Source: an uncultured Bacteroidota bacterium (GTDB lineage Bacteria; Bacteroidota; Bacteroidia; Bacteroidales; FEN-979). From it: 64,000 bases of DNA. The notes below the pieces were generated by a model. It ran no database searches. It was not told where the DNA came from and was given only the letters and a program-made list of their open reading frames with translations. Position numbers and translations under genes: made by a program. Location: positions 752 to 64,751 of the forward strand of contig CALCGJ010000247.1 in the NCBI GenBank assembly GCA_937900965.1. Reading direction: 5' to 3'. Below, piece by piece: positions 25,237-34,775 of this stretch; position 1 is the first letter of the stretch; the number at the start of each line of letters is the position of its first letter.

Positions 25237-27258
25237 ATGGAGTTCAATCTCACAAGTGACTATAAGCCCACCGGTGATCAACCGGAAGCGATAAAACAGC
25301 TGGTGGAAGGTCTTCAACGGGGAGATGATTGCCAGGTACTTCTGGGGGTAACCGGTTCAGGAAAAACGTATACCGTTGCAAACGTCATCCAGCAGGTCAA
25401 ACGTCCAACTCTAGTACTAAGTCACAACAAAACACTGGCAGCCCAGCTTTATGGGGAGTTCAAACAGTTTTTCCCGGATAACGCAGTAGAGTTCTTTGTC
25501 TCCTATTACGACTATTATCAGCCAGAGGCATATATTCCGGTAACAAATACCTACATTGAAAAAGACCTTTCAATCAACGACGAAATTGAAAAGCTTCGAC
25601 TGAGCACATCCTCTTCCCTGCTATCAGGACGCAGGGATGTAATTGTTGTCTCATCTGTCTCATGCATCTATGGAATTGGAAATCCGGATGATTTTGCCAG
25701 CAACGTGATTCATCTGAAACAAGGAGATCACCTCAGTCGGAATACATTCCTTCTCTCACTTGTTAACAGTCTTTATGCCAGGACAGAAACCGATTTCACA
25801 CGAGGCAGATTCAGGGTTCGTGGGGATACTGTCGACATCTTTCCGGCCTATCTTGATATTGGTTACCGGATCATCTTCTGGGACGATGAAATTGAGAGCC
25901 TGGAATCTTTTGATCCGGCATCAGGTCGGAAAATTGATCAATACCCATTTTTAAATATATATCCGGCAAATATTTTTGTCACCTCCCCTGATAAAATGAG
26001 AGGTGCACTCCTCGACATTCAAGACGACCTGATCAAACAATGCGCCTATTTTCGTGAAAATGGGAAGGAGTTTGAGGCGAAACGACTTGAAGAACGTGTC
26101 TCATACGACATTGAAATGATGCGGGAGCTTGGATACTGTTCCGGAATTGAGAACTATTCCCGATATTTTGACGGCCGGACAGCAGGATCCCGCCCCTTTT
26201 GCCTGCTCGATTATTTCCCTGACGATTTCCTGATGGTCATTGACGAGAGTCATGTCACCATGCCCCAGATCAGGGCGATGTACGGAGGAGACCGATCCAG
26301 GAAGCAAACCCTCGTGGAGTATGGGTTCAGACTTCCTTCTGCTATGGATAACCGCCCGTTGAAGTTCGATGAGTTCGAGAGGATGACTACACAAATAATG
26401 TTTGTCAGCGCAACTCCTGCTGATTATGAACTGCAGCGATCTCAGGGAGTGGTGGTTGAACAGGTCATCAGGCCTACCGGGCTTCTTGACCCACTGGTTG
26501 AAGTGAGGCCAAGCCAGAACCAGATTGATGACTTGCTGGAAGAGATAGACAAACGGGTCCGGATACATGAACGGGTACTTGTGACTACACTGACAAAACG
26601 AATGGCTGAGGAGCTGACAAAATACCTGACCCGCCTGAATGTAAACTCACGGTATATCCATTCTGATGTTGATACGCTGGCCCGGGTTCAAATCATGCGT
26701 GATCTGCGCATGGGGGTATTCGATGTCCTGGTTGGTGTCAACCTGCTTCGTGAAGGACTTGACCTGCCTGAAGTTTCACTTGTTGCTATCCTGGATGCCG
26801 ACAAAGAGGGCTTCCTCAGGTCGGAACGTTCACTTACCCAAACAGCTGGCCGCGCTGCCCGCAACCTCAACAGCAGGGTGATCCTGTATGCAGATAAAAC
26901 GACCGATTCAATGCGTCGGATGATGGAAGAGACGAACCGCCGCAGGGTGAAGCAAATTGAATACAATGTAAAGCATAATATTACTCCGACTCAAATCATC
27001 AAAAGCACACAGGACATTCTTGGCCAGACTGCAGTTGCTGATTCCAAAAGTAGCTCTGCCAGGGCCTATCATGGTCAGGAATCAGTTGGAGCAGCTGCGG
27101 ATCCTCTGATTCCGTACCTTTCCAAAGAGAAACTTCAAAAGTTATTAACAACGACAAGGAAATCCATGGAGGTTGCTGTCAAAGAGCTTGATTTTATGGA
27201 GGCTGCGCGACTTCGTGACGAGCTAGCCCAGATCCAGCAACATCTTGACTCAAAATGA
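25237..27258 (+). CDS. uvrB: excinuclease ABC subunit B
   Basis: 673 aa with Walker A GVTGSGKT, VSYYDYYQPEAY, helicase motifs, and the C-terminal UVR domain (FMEAARLRDEL). Confidence 0.97.
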   Translation: MEFNLTSDYKPTGDQPEAIKQLVEGLQRGDDCQVLLGVTGSGKTYTVANVIQQVKRPTLVLSHNKTLAAQLYGEFKQFFPDNAVEFFVSYYDYYQPEAYIPVTNTYIEKDLSINDEIEKLRLSTSSSLLSGRRDVIVVSSVSCIYGIGNPDDFASNVIHLKQGDHLSRNTFLLSLVNSLYARTETDFTRGRFRVRGDTVDIFPAYLDIGYRIIFWDDEIESLESFDPASGRKIDQYPFLNIYPANIFVTSPDKMRGALLDIQDDLIKQCAYFRENGKEFEAKRLEERVSYDIEMMRELGYCSGIENYSRYFDGRTAGSRPFCLLDYFPDDFLMVIDESHVTMPQIRAMYGGDRSRKQTLVEYGFRLPSAMDNRPLKFDEFERMTTQIMFVSATPADYELQRSQGVVVEQVIRPTGLLDPLVEVRPSQNQIDDLLEEIDKRVRIHERVLVTTLTKRMAEELTKYLTRLNVNSRYIHSDVDTLARVQIMRDLRMGVFDVLVGVNLLREGLDLPEVSLVAILDADKEGFLRSERSLTQTAGRAARNLNSRVILYADKTTDSMRRMMEETNRRRVKQIEYNVKHNITPTQIIKSTQDILGQTAVADSKSSSARAYHGQESVGAAADPLIPYLSKEKLQKLLTTTRKSMEVAVKELDFMEAARLRDELAQIQQHLDSK

Positions 27259-27339
27259 CATCCCCCTAAAATCCCGAAATTGGTCAGTAACTTTTGACCT
27301 TTGTTAATATCTATTTTCTTCAATTCCTATAAAAACCGA

Positions 27340-27347
27340 TATATTTG
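27340..27347 (+). promoter_or_regulatory. TAnnTTTG box (TATATTTG) at the head of the EPS locus
   Basis: Perfect motif ending 20 nt before the ATG at 27368. Confidence 0.5.
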
Positions 27348-27367
27348 CTTACAAAAATAGGGCTTTC

Positions 27368-27766
27368 ATGAAAAAGAAGATCCTTGCCATTGATGATGAG
27401 AAGAGCATCCGGTTCATCATCGAAAATACCTTTAACAAAGAATTTGATGTGGTAACCATGACGAATGGAATGGATGCCCTTTTCTACCTGCAATCCGGGA
27501 ATATGCCTGATGTGATTATCTGCGACCTTGAAATGCCTGTTCTGAATGGGATCGAATTTGTCAGACGTCTTCGTGAAAGTGGATTCTTTGAAGAGATTCC
27601 ACTTATTATGCTGTCGGGAAAAGAGGAGAGTGCAGATAAGATCAAATGCTTTGAAATGGGTGCTGATGACTACGTACTGAAACCATTTAATCCTCGGGAA
27701 CTTCTTGCCCGCATTCAACGTCGTCTGGAAACAAAACAATTATACTCACAACAACGAATTGGTTAA
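27368..27766 (+). CDS. stand-alone response regulator receiver (CheY-like)
   Basis: 132 aa with canonical residues: DD (AIDDEK), phospho-acceptor D (ICDLEMPVLNG), S (MLSGK) and K (LKPF). Confidence 0.9.
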   Translation: MKKKILAIDDEKSIRFIIENTFNKEFDVVTMTNGMDALFYLQSGNMPDVIICDLEMPVLNGIEFVRRLRESGFFEEIPLIMLSGKEESADKIKCFEMGADDYVLKPFNPRELLARIQRRLETKQLYSQQRIG

Positions 27767-27772
27767 ACAAAT

Positions 27773-29008
27773 ATGGAGGAGGCTCCGGTAAAACCTTTAC
27801 GCATACTATACATAGGAAACGATCAGGTCACTGTCAGCATGTTGCAGGTAAGTGGTCTTTTTGATATGACCGTTATGCCCAATGGGCTGGCTGCGATCTA
27901 TTGGCTGACAGATAATAACTTCAGGTTGTTCGATTTCGACAAGGATGCCGAACTGGCAACCACGTATATGGAAACGAAAGAGATTGATGCGATTCTTTGC
28001 GAAACCAAGATTCCCGGCATGAAAGGAATTGCTTTCTACAGGAAGCTGAAACTACATAAAATCTACACAAAGACCCCTTTCATTCTCCTTACCGTCTGTT
28101 TAGATGGAAATATCAGCGAAGAGGCGATGGATGCAGGAGTGGATGACTACTACCATTGTCGGTTTACCGCAGAAAGAATTTCTCAGCGGATACACTTTCT
28201 GCATAAATTCAAAGCAGAATTTAAACCTAAACCTCTTGACGCTCTGATTGATCAGAACCTGGTTGCTTATAAAACCCCCCCGTTGAAAAGAATTTTCGAC
28301 ATTGCGGTAGCCCTTTTTGCCCTGGTTCTGCTTTCCCCGGTAATTCTTCTTACAATGCTGTCTATTCGTCTTGAGTCCAGGGGAAAGGTCTACTACTTCT
28401 CAAAACGGGTGGGAGCAAATTACAGGATATTCAACTTTTTCAAGTTCCGTTCCATGTACCATAATTCTGATCAACGGCTCAAGGAGGTAGCTCATCTGAA
28501 CCAATACATTACTGAGACAGTGGAAGAAACCTGTTCTGAATGTGCCAAACTTGCTGAGGGAGAGCATTGCTCTCCAATGGTTTATTACGATGGAGAAGAG
28601 ATTTGTGAACGTTTGGCAAACAAACGCAAGAGTGCGCGTAAAGCCTTTCTCAAGATTGTTGATGATCCCAGGATCACCAAAGTGGGGAGGTTTATTCGAC
28701 GGACCAGCATTGATGAGCTGCCACAATTAATCAATGTACTGAAAGGGGATATGTCGATTGTTGGAAACCGTCCATTGCCGCTGAATGAAGCAGAAGCTCT
28801 AACCAAAAAGAAATGGAGCAGGAGATTTAATGCATCAGCCGGCCTGACCGGACTATGGCAGGTTAAGAAGCGGGGAAAAGGAGGAATGATGTCAGAAGAA
28901 GAACGGTTTACGATTGATAACTTTTACGCAGAAAACAATTCTTTCTGGGGTGATATTGGGATTATCCTGAAAACCTTTGGAGCACTGCTTCAAAAAGAAA
29001 ATGTTTAG
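27773..29008 (+). CDS. pseudo-receiver domain fused to a bacterial sugar transferase (polyprenyl-phosphate glycosyl-1-phosphate transferase, WbaP/EpsL-type)
   Basis: 411 aa. The N-terminal 150 aa look like a REC fold but carry ND in place of DD, E in place of the acceptor D (AILCETKIPGMKG), and no KP. The C-terminal half has the signature KRIFDIAVALFALVLLSPV...FKFRSM...DPRITKVGRFIRRTSIDELPQLINVLKGDMSIVGNRPL. Confidence 0.85.
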   Translation: MEEAPVKPLRILYIGNDQVTVSMLQVSGLFDMTVMPNGLAAIYWLTDNNFRLFDFDKDAELATTYMETKEIDAILCETKIPGMKGIAFYRKLKLHKIYTKTPFILLTVCLDGNISEEAMDAGVDDYYHCRFTAERISQRIHFLHKFKAEFKPKPLDALIDQNLVAYKTPPLKRIFDIAVALFALVLLSPVILLTMLSIRLESRGKVYYFSKRVGANYRIFNFFKFRSMYHNSDQRLKEVAHLNQYITETVEETCSECAKLAEGEHCSPMVYYDGEEICERLANKRKSARKAFLKIVDDPRITKVGRFIRRTSIDELPQLINVLKGDMSIVGNRPLPLNEAEALTKKKWSRRFNASAGLTGLWQVKKRGKGGMMSEEERFTIDNFYAENNSFWGDIGIILKTFGALLQKENV

Positions 29009-29017
29009 ACGTACCAT

Positions 29018-29788
29018 ATGTTAAAGAGCATCAGGATTAGAATCATCGGTCTATTACTTGTTTTTACAACAGTAGTGGCACTGACCTATGGTCAAACAAG
29101 GGATACCCTGTTTGTATTTAATCCTATTGTTGATGATATTACATTGAGAATCCCGCCACTGGATGATCTGATCGACTCTGCCATCGTACACTCACCCGAG
29201 GTCAAGATGGCCGAAGCTGAAATTTACCTGCGGAGATATGGGATCAAATCAGCCCGCAGGGATATCTTTACGAACTTTTATCTGGATGCAGGGATGGCTG
29301 CAAGTTACCAGAATAATCTGACCAACAACAGGACAAACCTTGGTGATATCAACTCTGTGCTCTCTGACCAGGATAACTCCAACTATGCATTGGGGGTCAG
29401 TATGCGAATGCCGCTTGATGACCTTATGGATCATCGGAACCGGGTCAAACACGCCACCAAATTCATGGAACAGGCATTCTCTGAAAGAGACTATCAGATA
29501 AGGTTGCTCAGAAGGGACATCATAGTGCAATACAATCGATTGATCATCAATCAGAAGATCCTCAAGATTGCCAATGACAACCAGATTTATATGTCGCTCC
29601 AGATGGCCCTGGCTGAGAAAGAGTTTCTTAACGGTCAGATCGGCATTTATGAACTGGCAAGACTGAATGAGATGAACCGAAGAGCTGTTACAGACTTTGA
29701 GCAGGCCCGCATGGAATTTTACAGTGCATACATGATTTTACAGGAGATTGTTGGCATAAAATTTAACGTTATTAACAACATCGAATAG
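29018..29788 (+). CDS. TolC/OEP-like outer-membrane protein, single-repeat (half-length)
   Basis: 256 aa with a signal peptide. The LDDLIDSAIVHSPEVKMAEAEI... segment and heptad helices resemble one OEP repeat. Normal TolC-family proteins are about twice this length. Confidence 0.5.
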   Translation: MLKSIRIRIIGLLLVFTTVVALTYGQTRDTLFVFNPIVDDITLRIPPLDDLIDSAIVHSPEVKMAEAEIYLRRYGIKSARRDIFTNFYLDAGMAASYQNNLTNNRTNLGDINSVLSDQDNSNYALGVSMRMPLDDLMDHRNRVKHATKFMEQAFSERDYQIRLLRRDIIVQYNRLIINQKILKIANDNQIYMSLQMALAEKEFLNGQIGIYELARLNEMNRRAVTDFEQARMEFYSAYMILQEIVGIKFNVINNIE

Positions 29789-32481
29789 TGAAGCTGATTC
29801 ACCTAATAAAATTACTGCAGAGGTATATCGTTCTGATTATCATTGTTCCATTATTCCTTGCGGCGATTGTCTATCTTTTCACCAGGAAACAGGCCAGGAA
29901 TTATCAGTCTGAGACTACTATTTATACAGGTATTACCTCCGGATACTCTGTACAGCAGGAGACCTCGGTCGACCTTTTTGCCAGTAACACAGCCTATGAT
30001 AACCTCATTAACCTGATCAAATCAAGGCGAACCATGGAAGAGGTCTCGGTTCGGTTGCTGGTTCAACACCTGATGCTTGATCATTATGATCCCAAATACA
30101 TCCAGCAGGAGAATTTCGAAGAGTTGATGGCTGAAACTCCCCCGGATGTCATTCAGATTGTCAGAAAATACAAACGAAACCAGAAACAGCAACAATATTA
30201 CCGCCCTCCGCAAAAAACCTCTTCTCTCGGTGATGACACAAGTGATTCTCCCACTGCCTCTCCCACCGTTAGGGATGCCGGTTATCAAAATACCACCCGA
30301 AGCCAGACATCCCAGGATTACCATATCGTCCGGCGCGGTGAAACTATGTATGCCATTGCAAAACAGTACCGGGTAAGTATCGAGGACCTGATGAATCTGA
30401 ATGATCTCGTCTCATACGAACTTGCTACAGGACAACGTATCAGGGTCAACGATAACTTCACCCCCGCAACGACCGAAGACTATCCCTACCCTGCCCCTGC
30501 CAGGCAAACCGGGGATTTATCTTCCACCGATGATGATTATTCCAGGGATAATGACACAACTCCGCTGGTCACAAAACGATGGCTTAGTTCAGAACCTGTG
30601 GTTCACAAGGAGTTATGGGATACCACAACACCGTATGAGCGTTGTGTAAGAGAAGTAATGAATTATGGAAATTCAAACGATTACAATTACATATACCAGC
30701 TCTGGAATTCGAGCAATGCTTTTTACAGTATTGAAGCACTCGGTGCAGTCTCGGTCACCCGTATCCAGAACAGTGACCTGGTAACTATCCAGTATGTCAA
30801 CCCCGATCCCGGAGTCTGCCAGCAAACCCTCGTCATCCTGACTCAGGTATTCATCCGGAGTTATAAAGAACTCCGCCAACACCAGACTGATGCTGTTGTT
30901 GCCTATTTCAAGCGGCAGTTGGATTTGGCGTTGGACAGGCTTAAGAAAGCTGAATACGATCTCCTGGTTTTCAATACAAAAAACAAGGTCATCAACTACT
31001 ATGAGCAGACCAAAGCCATAGCAGGGATGAAGGAGGAACTTGATCAGGAATACTCAAATGCCCAAATCGCATATGCTTCTGCAGATGCTGCCATCAAGAT
31101 CATCGAGAAAAAACTTGAAGCTCACGCCAGACTGACCCTCAATACCAATGCGATCATCGAACTCCGGAATGAACTTGCCACTGCTTCCATGCAGATCGTT
31201 AACATCGAGATCGACCTCGGCAACGATTCAGCCACCCTGCAAAACCTGGAAAACCTGAAAAACCATACTGAATATCTCAAGAAAGCGATCCGGAAGCAAA
31301 TCGATGCCCTGTATGTTATAGAGAACAGTGTTGAAGGTCTTCCGGTGTTGACTTTGCTGAACGCATGGCTGGATAACGTAATCGCGTACGAAGAGAGCAA
31401 AGCAGCCTTCCGGGTATTGACTGAAAGAAGGAAACAATTCCAGCGCTATTACGAGATCTTTGCTCCATTGGGTGCTGAAATGAAACGAATTGAACGGTTG
31501 ATCGGTGTGACCGAAAGCGAATTCCTGCAGTTGCTTAAGGACCTGAACCTGGCAAAATTACGACAACAGGACGACGAAATGTCAACCAATATCAAAGTGG
31601 TTGACCCTCCGTATTTCCCCCTGAAACCGCTGAAATCCAGAGCCATGTTCATGGTCATTATCGCCGGGTTTATCGGATTCATCCTTATCCTTGCTATTCT
31701 CATATTGATGGAGTATTTCGATACAACGATCAAGACAATAGATCGGGCTGAAAAAATAATCGGGCTGAAAGTAGCCGGCATATATCCGAGGATATCACGG
31801 AAACTGGAGTCGGCAGATATGGAGTTCATTGTTCCCCGTCTGATAGAAATGCTGGCTCAGAATGTTACGCTGGCTGTCAAGGAAAAGAAGGAGGAGGAAA
31901 AGAGACCTATCATGGTCCTTTTCTTCAGCATGCTGGATGCCGAGGGTAAAACAACAATTGGTCGTGAACTGGTCAATAAACTCCAAACGTTCGGACAGAA
32001 GGTACTATTTCTGAACTATTACTATGCAGACCCTGAAAGCACATCACCCTATTTTGATGATCCTTCACAACCTGGGATATCCGATAATGAGATCCAGTAT
32101 GAGATCCGAAACACCTTCTTTGAGACTCACGATCTGGAATCACTAATCCCCGGCTTTGATGCTTACAAACAGGCTGAATATGATTTCATTTTCGCCGAGA
32201 TCCCATCTTTGATTAACCACCCATTTCCTTCTGAGTTTGTCAGGATGTTCGATCTTTCATTGCTTGTTGTCAGGGCAAATCGCTCCTGGAAAGAGGCAGA
32301 TATAGTATTGCTGGATGCATTCAAACCCTTATGCAGCCAGGAGCCTCAAATCATTCTCAACGGAGTAGAGCTCTATTTCCTCGATTCTGTTTTCGGAGAA
32401 GTTCCGAAACCCAGATCAGAGTTTCGACGTATGATAACCAGGATTCTTCTTTTCCGGTTCAGAGAAAGAAGTAAAGTCTGA
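29788..32481 (+). CDS. polysaccharide co-polymerase (Wzz/GumC-like) with an inserted LysM domain and a degenerate C-terminal BY-kinase-like domain
   Basis: 897 aa. TM1 is VLIIIVPLFLAAIVYLF. The LysM domain is YHIVRRGETMYAIAKQYRVSIEDLMNLNDLVSYELATGQRIRV (nt 30319-30447). A long coiled coil follows, then TM2 AMFMVIIAGFIGFILILAILIL. The P-loop remnant is DAEGKTT. The start is a GTG overlapping the previous stop. Confidence 0.75.
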   Translation: MKLIHLIKLLQRYIVLIIIVPLFLAAIVYLFTRKQARNYQSETTIYTGITSGYSVQQETSVDLFASNTAYDNLINLIKSRRTMEEVSVRLLVQHLMLDHYDPKYIQQENFEELMAETPPDVIQIVRKYKRNQKQQQYYRPPQKTSSLGDDTSDSPTASPTVRDAGYQNTTRSQTSQDYHIVRRGETMYAIAKQYRVSIEDLMNLNDLVSYELATGQRIRVNDNFTPATTEDYPYPAPARQTGDLSSTDDDYSRDNDTTPLVTKRWLSSEPVVHKELWDTTTPYERCVREVMNYGNSNDYNYIYQLWNSSNAFYSIEALGAVSVTRIQNSDLVTIQYVNPDPGVCQQTLVILTQVFIRSYKELRQHQTDAVVAYFKRQLDLALDRLKKAEYDLLVFNTKNKVINYYEQTKAIAGMKEELDQEYSNAQIAYASADAAIKIIEKKLEAHARLTLNTNAIIELRNELATASMQIVNIEIDLGNDSATLQNLENLKNHTEYLKKAIRKQIDALYVIENSVEGLPVLTLLNAWLDNVIAYEESKAAFRVLTERRKQFQRYYEIFAPLGAEMKRIERLIGVTESEFLQLLKDLNLAKLRQQDDEMSTNIKVVDPPYFPLKPLKSRAMFMVIIAGFIGFILILAILILMEYFDTTIKTIDRAEKIIGLKVAGIYPRISRKLESADMEFIVPRLIEMLAQNVTLAVKEKKEEEKRPIMVLFFSMLDAEGKTTIGRELVNKLQTFGQKVLFLNYYYADPESTSPYFDDPSQPGISDNEIQYEIRNTFFETHDLESLIPGFDAYKQAEYDFIFAEIPSLINHPFPSEFVRMFDLSLLVVRANRSWKEADIVLLDAFKPLCSQEPQIILNGVELYFLDSVFGEVPKPRSEFRRMITRILLFRFRERSKV

Positions 32482-32510
32482 TCATCCGGTACCAAAAGGC
32501 ACCTACAAGA

Positions 32511-33899
32511 ATGATTGCAACGATTAGGAAAGTAATCCAGGATAAGAATTTCCTTTCCCTTATGGGGAACACCCTTACCGCAGGTCTCGGATTTGCTACC
32601 TTCTTTGTCCTTGTCAGAAGTGTGGAGACTAATGCTTTCGGTGAGTGGGTACTGTTTATCACAGCCGCGACACTGGTCGACCTCCTGAGATTCGGGATAA
32701 CACGGGTAGCTCTTACCCGTTTTCTTTCCGGCGTCTCTTTTGAGGAACGAAAAAACTATATCGGCTCAAGCTGGCTGATCGGCCTTACGAGTATCCTGAT
32801 TGCTGCCATCATTGTTTATCCTATCCTTTTCCTGTTTCCGGAGCAAATCAAGAATTCCGGGTTTTACCTGTTTTTTATGTGGTACCCGGTGCTGGCCCTT
32901 TCCAACCTCCCCTGGGGAAATGCGCTTTCCATTTTACAGGCAGATGAAGAGTTCGGAAAAATCCTGCTGCTCCGATTCGTAAGTGTTGCCAGTTTCCTGG
33001 TGTACCTGTTATTGAATTACTTCTTATGGAGGATGAGCGTGGAGTGGATTGTTATCTGGTACATCTTAACCAACCTCCTTACCTCGATGATTTCAACTTT
33101 CCACAACTGGGACGGATGGAAATATATGTTTCATGCGAAAAGATACTCTAATATTGCGTTGCTTCAGTTTGGTAAATACTCCATGGGAACCTCTATAGGT
33201 AGCAGTCTCTTAAAAAGTGCTGACGCATTCATCATTGGGTTGAGTCCATTCCTGGGAACAACAGGTGTGGCTTTGTACGCGATTCCTATTAAATATACGG
33301 AGTTAATCGAGATCATCGTCCGAAGCTTCTCGGCCACAGCCTTTCCACTGCTTTCAAAAGCCAGTATTGATAATGACATCGTACGGTTCAAGAAAATATT
33401 TTATCAATACTCCGGGGCAATGACTCTCCTGATCATTCCAATTGGTATTGTCTTTGCGCTTTTTGCCAAAGAGTTTGTCTACCTTATGGGGGGTAAGGAA
33501 TACCTGGCCCTATCAGGTGAACTTGGGATAATAATGCAAATGTTCATAATTTTCACATTTCTCCTTTCGATTGACCGTTTCACCGGCATCTCCCTGGATG
33601 CCCTGAACAAACCGGATTTGAATTTCTACAAAACCATCTCCATGACTGGTGCCAACATCATAGGGGACATCATTGCAGTTTTTGTGTTACATGCCATCTT
33701 CCCTGAGCTGAGTATGATCTTCCTCCTGATTTGTGTATCTATCGTTACAATTGGCTTCGAGTTGGTTGGCCTGACACTGGGGATGTACTTTCTTAACAAA
33801 CAGATTTCCGTTAGATATGCTCCAATTTTCAAGGAAGGATTCCTTTTTTACAAGAATTTATATCTGAAATATGTTCGTAAACGAGATATAACTTTATAG
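32511..33899 (+). CDS. Wzx-type oligosaccharide flippase (MOP superfamily polysaccharide biosynthesis protein)
   Basis: 462 aa with about 12 TM helices. The N-terminal segment NTLTAGLGFATFFVLVRSVETNAFGEW is typical of the family. Confidence 0.75.
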   Translation: MIATIRKVIQDKNFLSLMGNTLTAGLGFATFFVLVRSVETNAFGEWVLFITAATLVDLLRFGITRVALTRFLSGVSFEERKNYIGSSWLIGLTSILIAAIIVYPILFLFPEQIKNSGFYLFFMWYPVLALSNLPWGNALSILQADEEFGKILLLRFVSVASFLVYLLLNYFLWRMSVEWIVIWYILTNLLTSMISTFHNWDGWKYMFHAKRYSNIALLQFGKYSMGTSIGSSLLKSADAFIIGLSPFLGTTGVALYAIPIKYTELIEIIVRSFSATAFPLLSKASIDNDIVRFKKIFYQYSGAMTLLIIPIGIVFALFAKEFVYLMGGKEYLALSGELGIIMQMFIIFTFLLSIDRFTGISLDALNKPDLNFYKTISMTGANIIGDIIAVFVLHAIFPELSMIFLLICVSIVTIGFELVGLTLGMYFLNKQISVRYAPIFKEGFLFYKNLYLKYVRKRDITL

Positions 33900-33900
33900 T

Positions 33901-34767
33901 ATGATTCCATCACTTACTGTCCCTGCATGGGTAAAAAGAAACCTCATTCCATTTACTGATATCGAAGATATCCCGGACGAGGTTTTCGAAAGAATCAAAA
34001 AAGGCCTCGCCACTAAGAAGGCTGAAGATGCCTATGTCACGATCGGTGTCATTGCCTACAATGAACAGGATAACATTCTTCCCTGCCTTGCTACACTGGC
34101 AGAACAGGAGACCCCCTGGCCTATTCGCATTGTTGTCTCAAACAATAACTCTACAGATAAAACTCAGTATCTTCTGGATAGATGCGGAGCACTCTCCGTG
34201 CTTCAGACGAAACAGGGAATTGGATTTGCCCGGCAAGCAGCTATGGATTTAGGCCGTGGGAAATATTTCTTATGTACAGATGCCGATTGTATGTATCCCC
34301 CGACCTGGGCAGAGGAGTTTGCCAAAACACTCGACACTCCGGGAGTTTCAGCAGTATACAGCATCGACTCTTATATTCCAGGGAAGAAAAACAGAATCAC
34401 CCTTGCAATCTATGAGTTTATCCGTGATGCCTCATTGAGTCTCAGGCGGATCAACCGACCCGAACTAAGTGTGGGTGGGGGTAGTTTTGGTATCCCGATG
34501 AAAGAGGGAAGAGAAATTGGATGGTACACTAAAATCCATCGCGGAGAAGACGGTTCCATGGCATTTGCGTTAAAAAAATATGGCAAGATCCAATTCATCA
34601 ACTCCTCAAGATCCCGGATCTGGACCACAACCCGGTCACTCGACCACCAGAAAGGCCTCTTTCAAATGGTCTTTGAAAAGACAAAGAAAGAATTAAAACG
34701 AATAAATGTATATTTTGCTCCTACCAAAAAGGTTTATAAGGACAGGGACGAGAATATCATCAAATAA
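33901..34767 (+). CDS. family 2 glycosyltransferase
   Basis: 288 aa with VTIGVIAYNEQDNILPCLATL, NNNSTDKT and TDADC (DxD). Confidence 0.8.
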   Translation: MIPSLTVPAWVKRNLIPFTDIEDIPDEVFERIKKGLATKKAEDAYVTIGVIAYNEQDNILPCLATLAEQETPWPIRIVVSNNNSTDKTQYLLDRCGALSVLQTKQGIGFARQAAMDLGRGKYFLCTDADCMYPPTWAEEFAKTLDTPGVSAVYSIDSYIPGKKNRITLAIYEFIRDASLSLRRINRPELSVGGGSFGIPMKEGREIGWYTKIHRGEDGSMAFALKKYGKIQFINSSRSRIWTTTRSLDHQKGLFQMVFEKTKKELKRINVYFAPTKKVYKDRDENIIK

Positions 34768-34775
34768 ACGGGACA

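Noticed and set aside
27320-27739. 139-aa minus-strand ORF
   Set aside because: It is fully antisense to the canonical CheY-like receiver gene, whose motifs are unambiguous.
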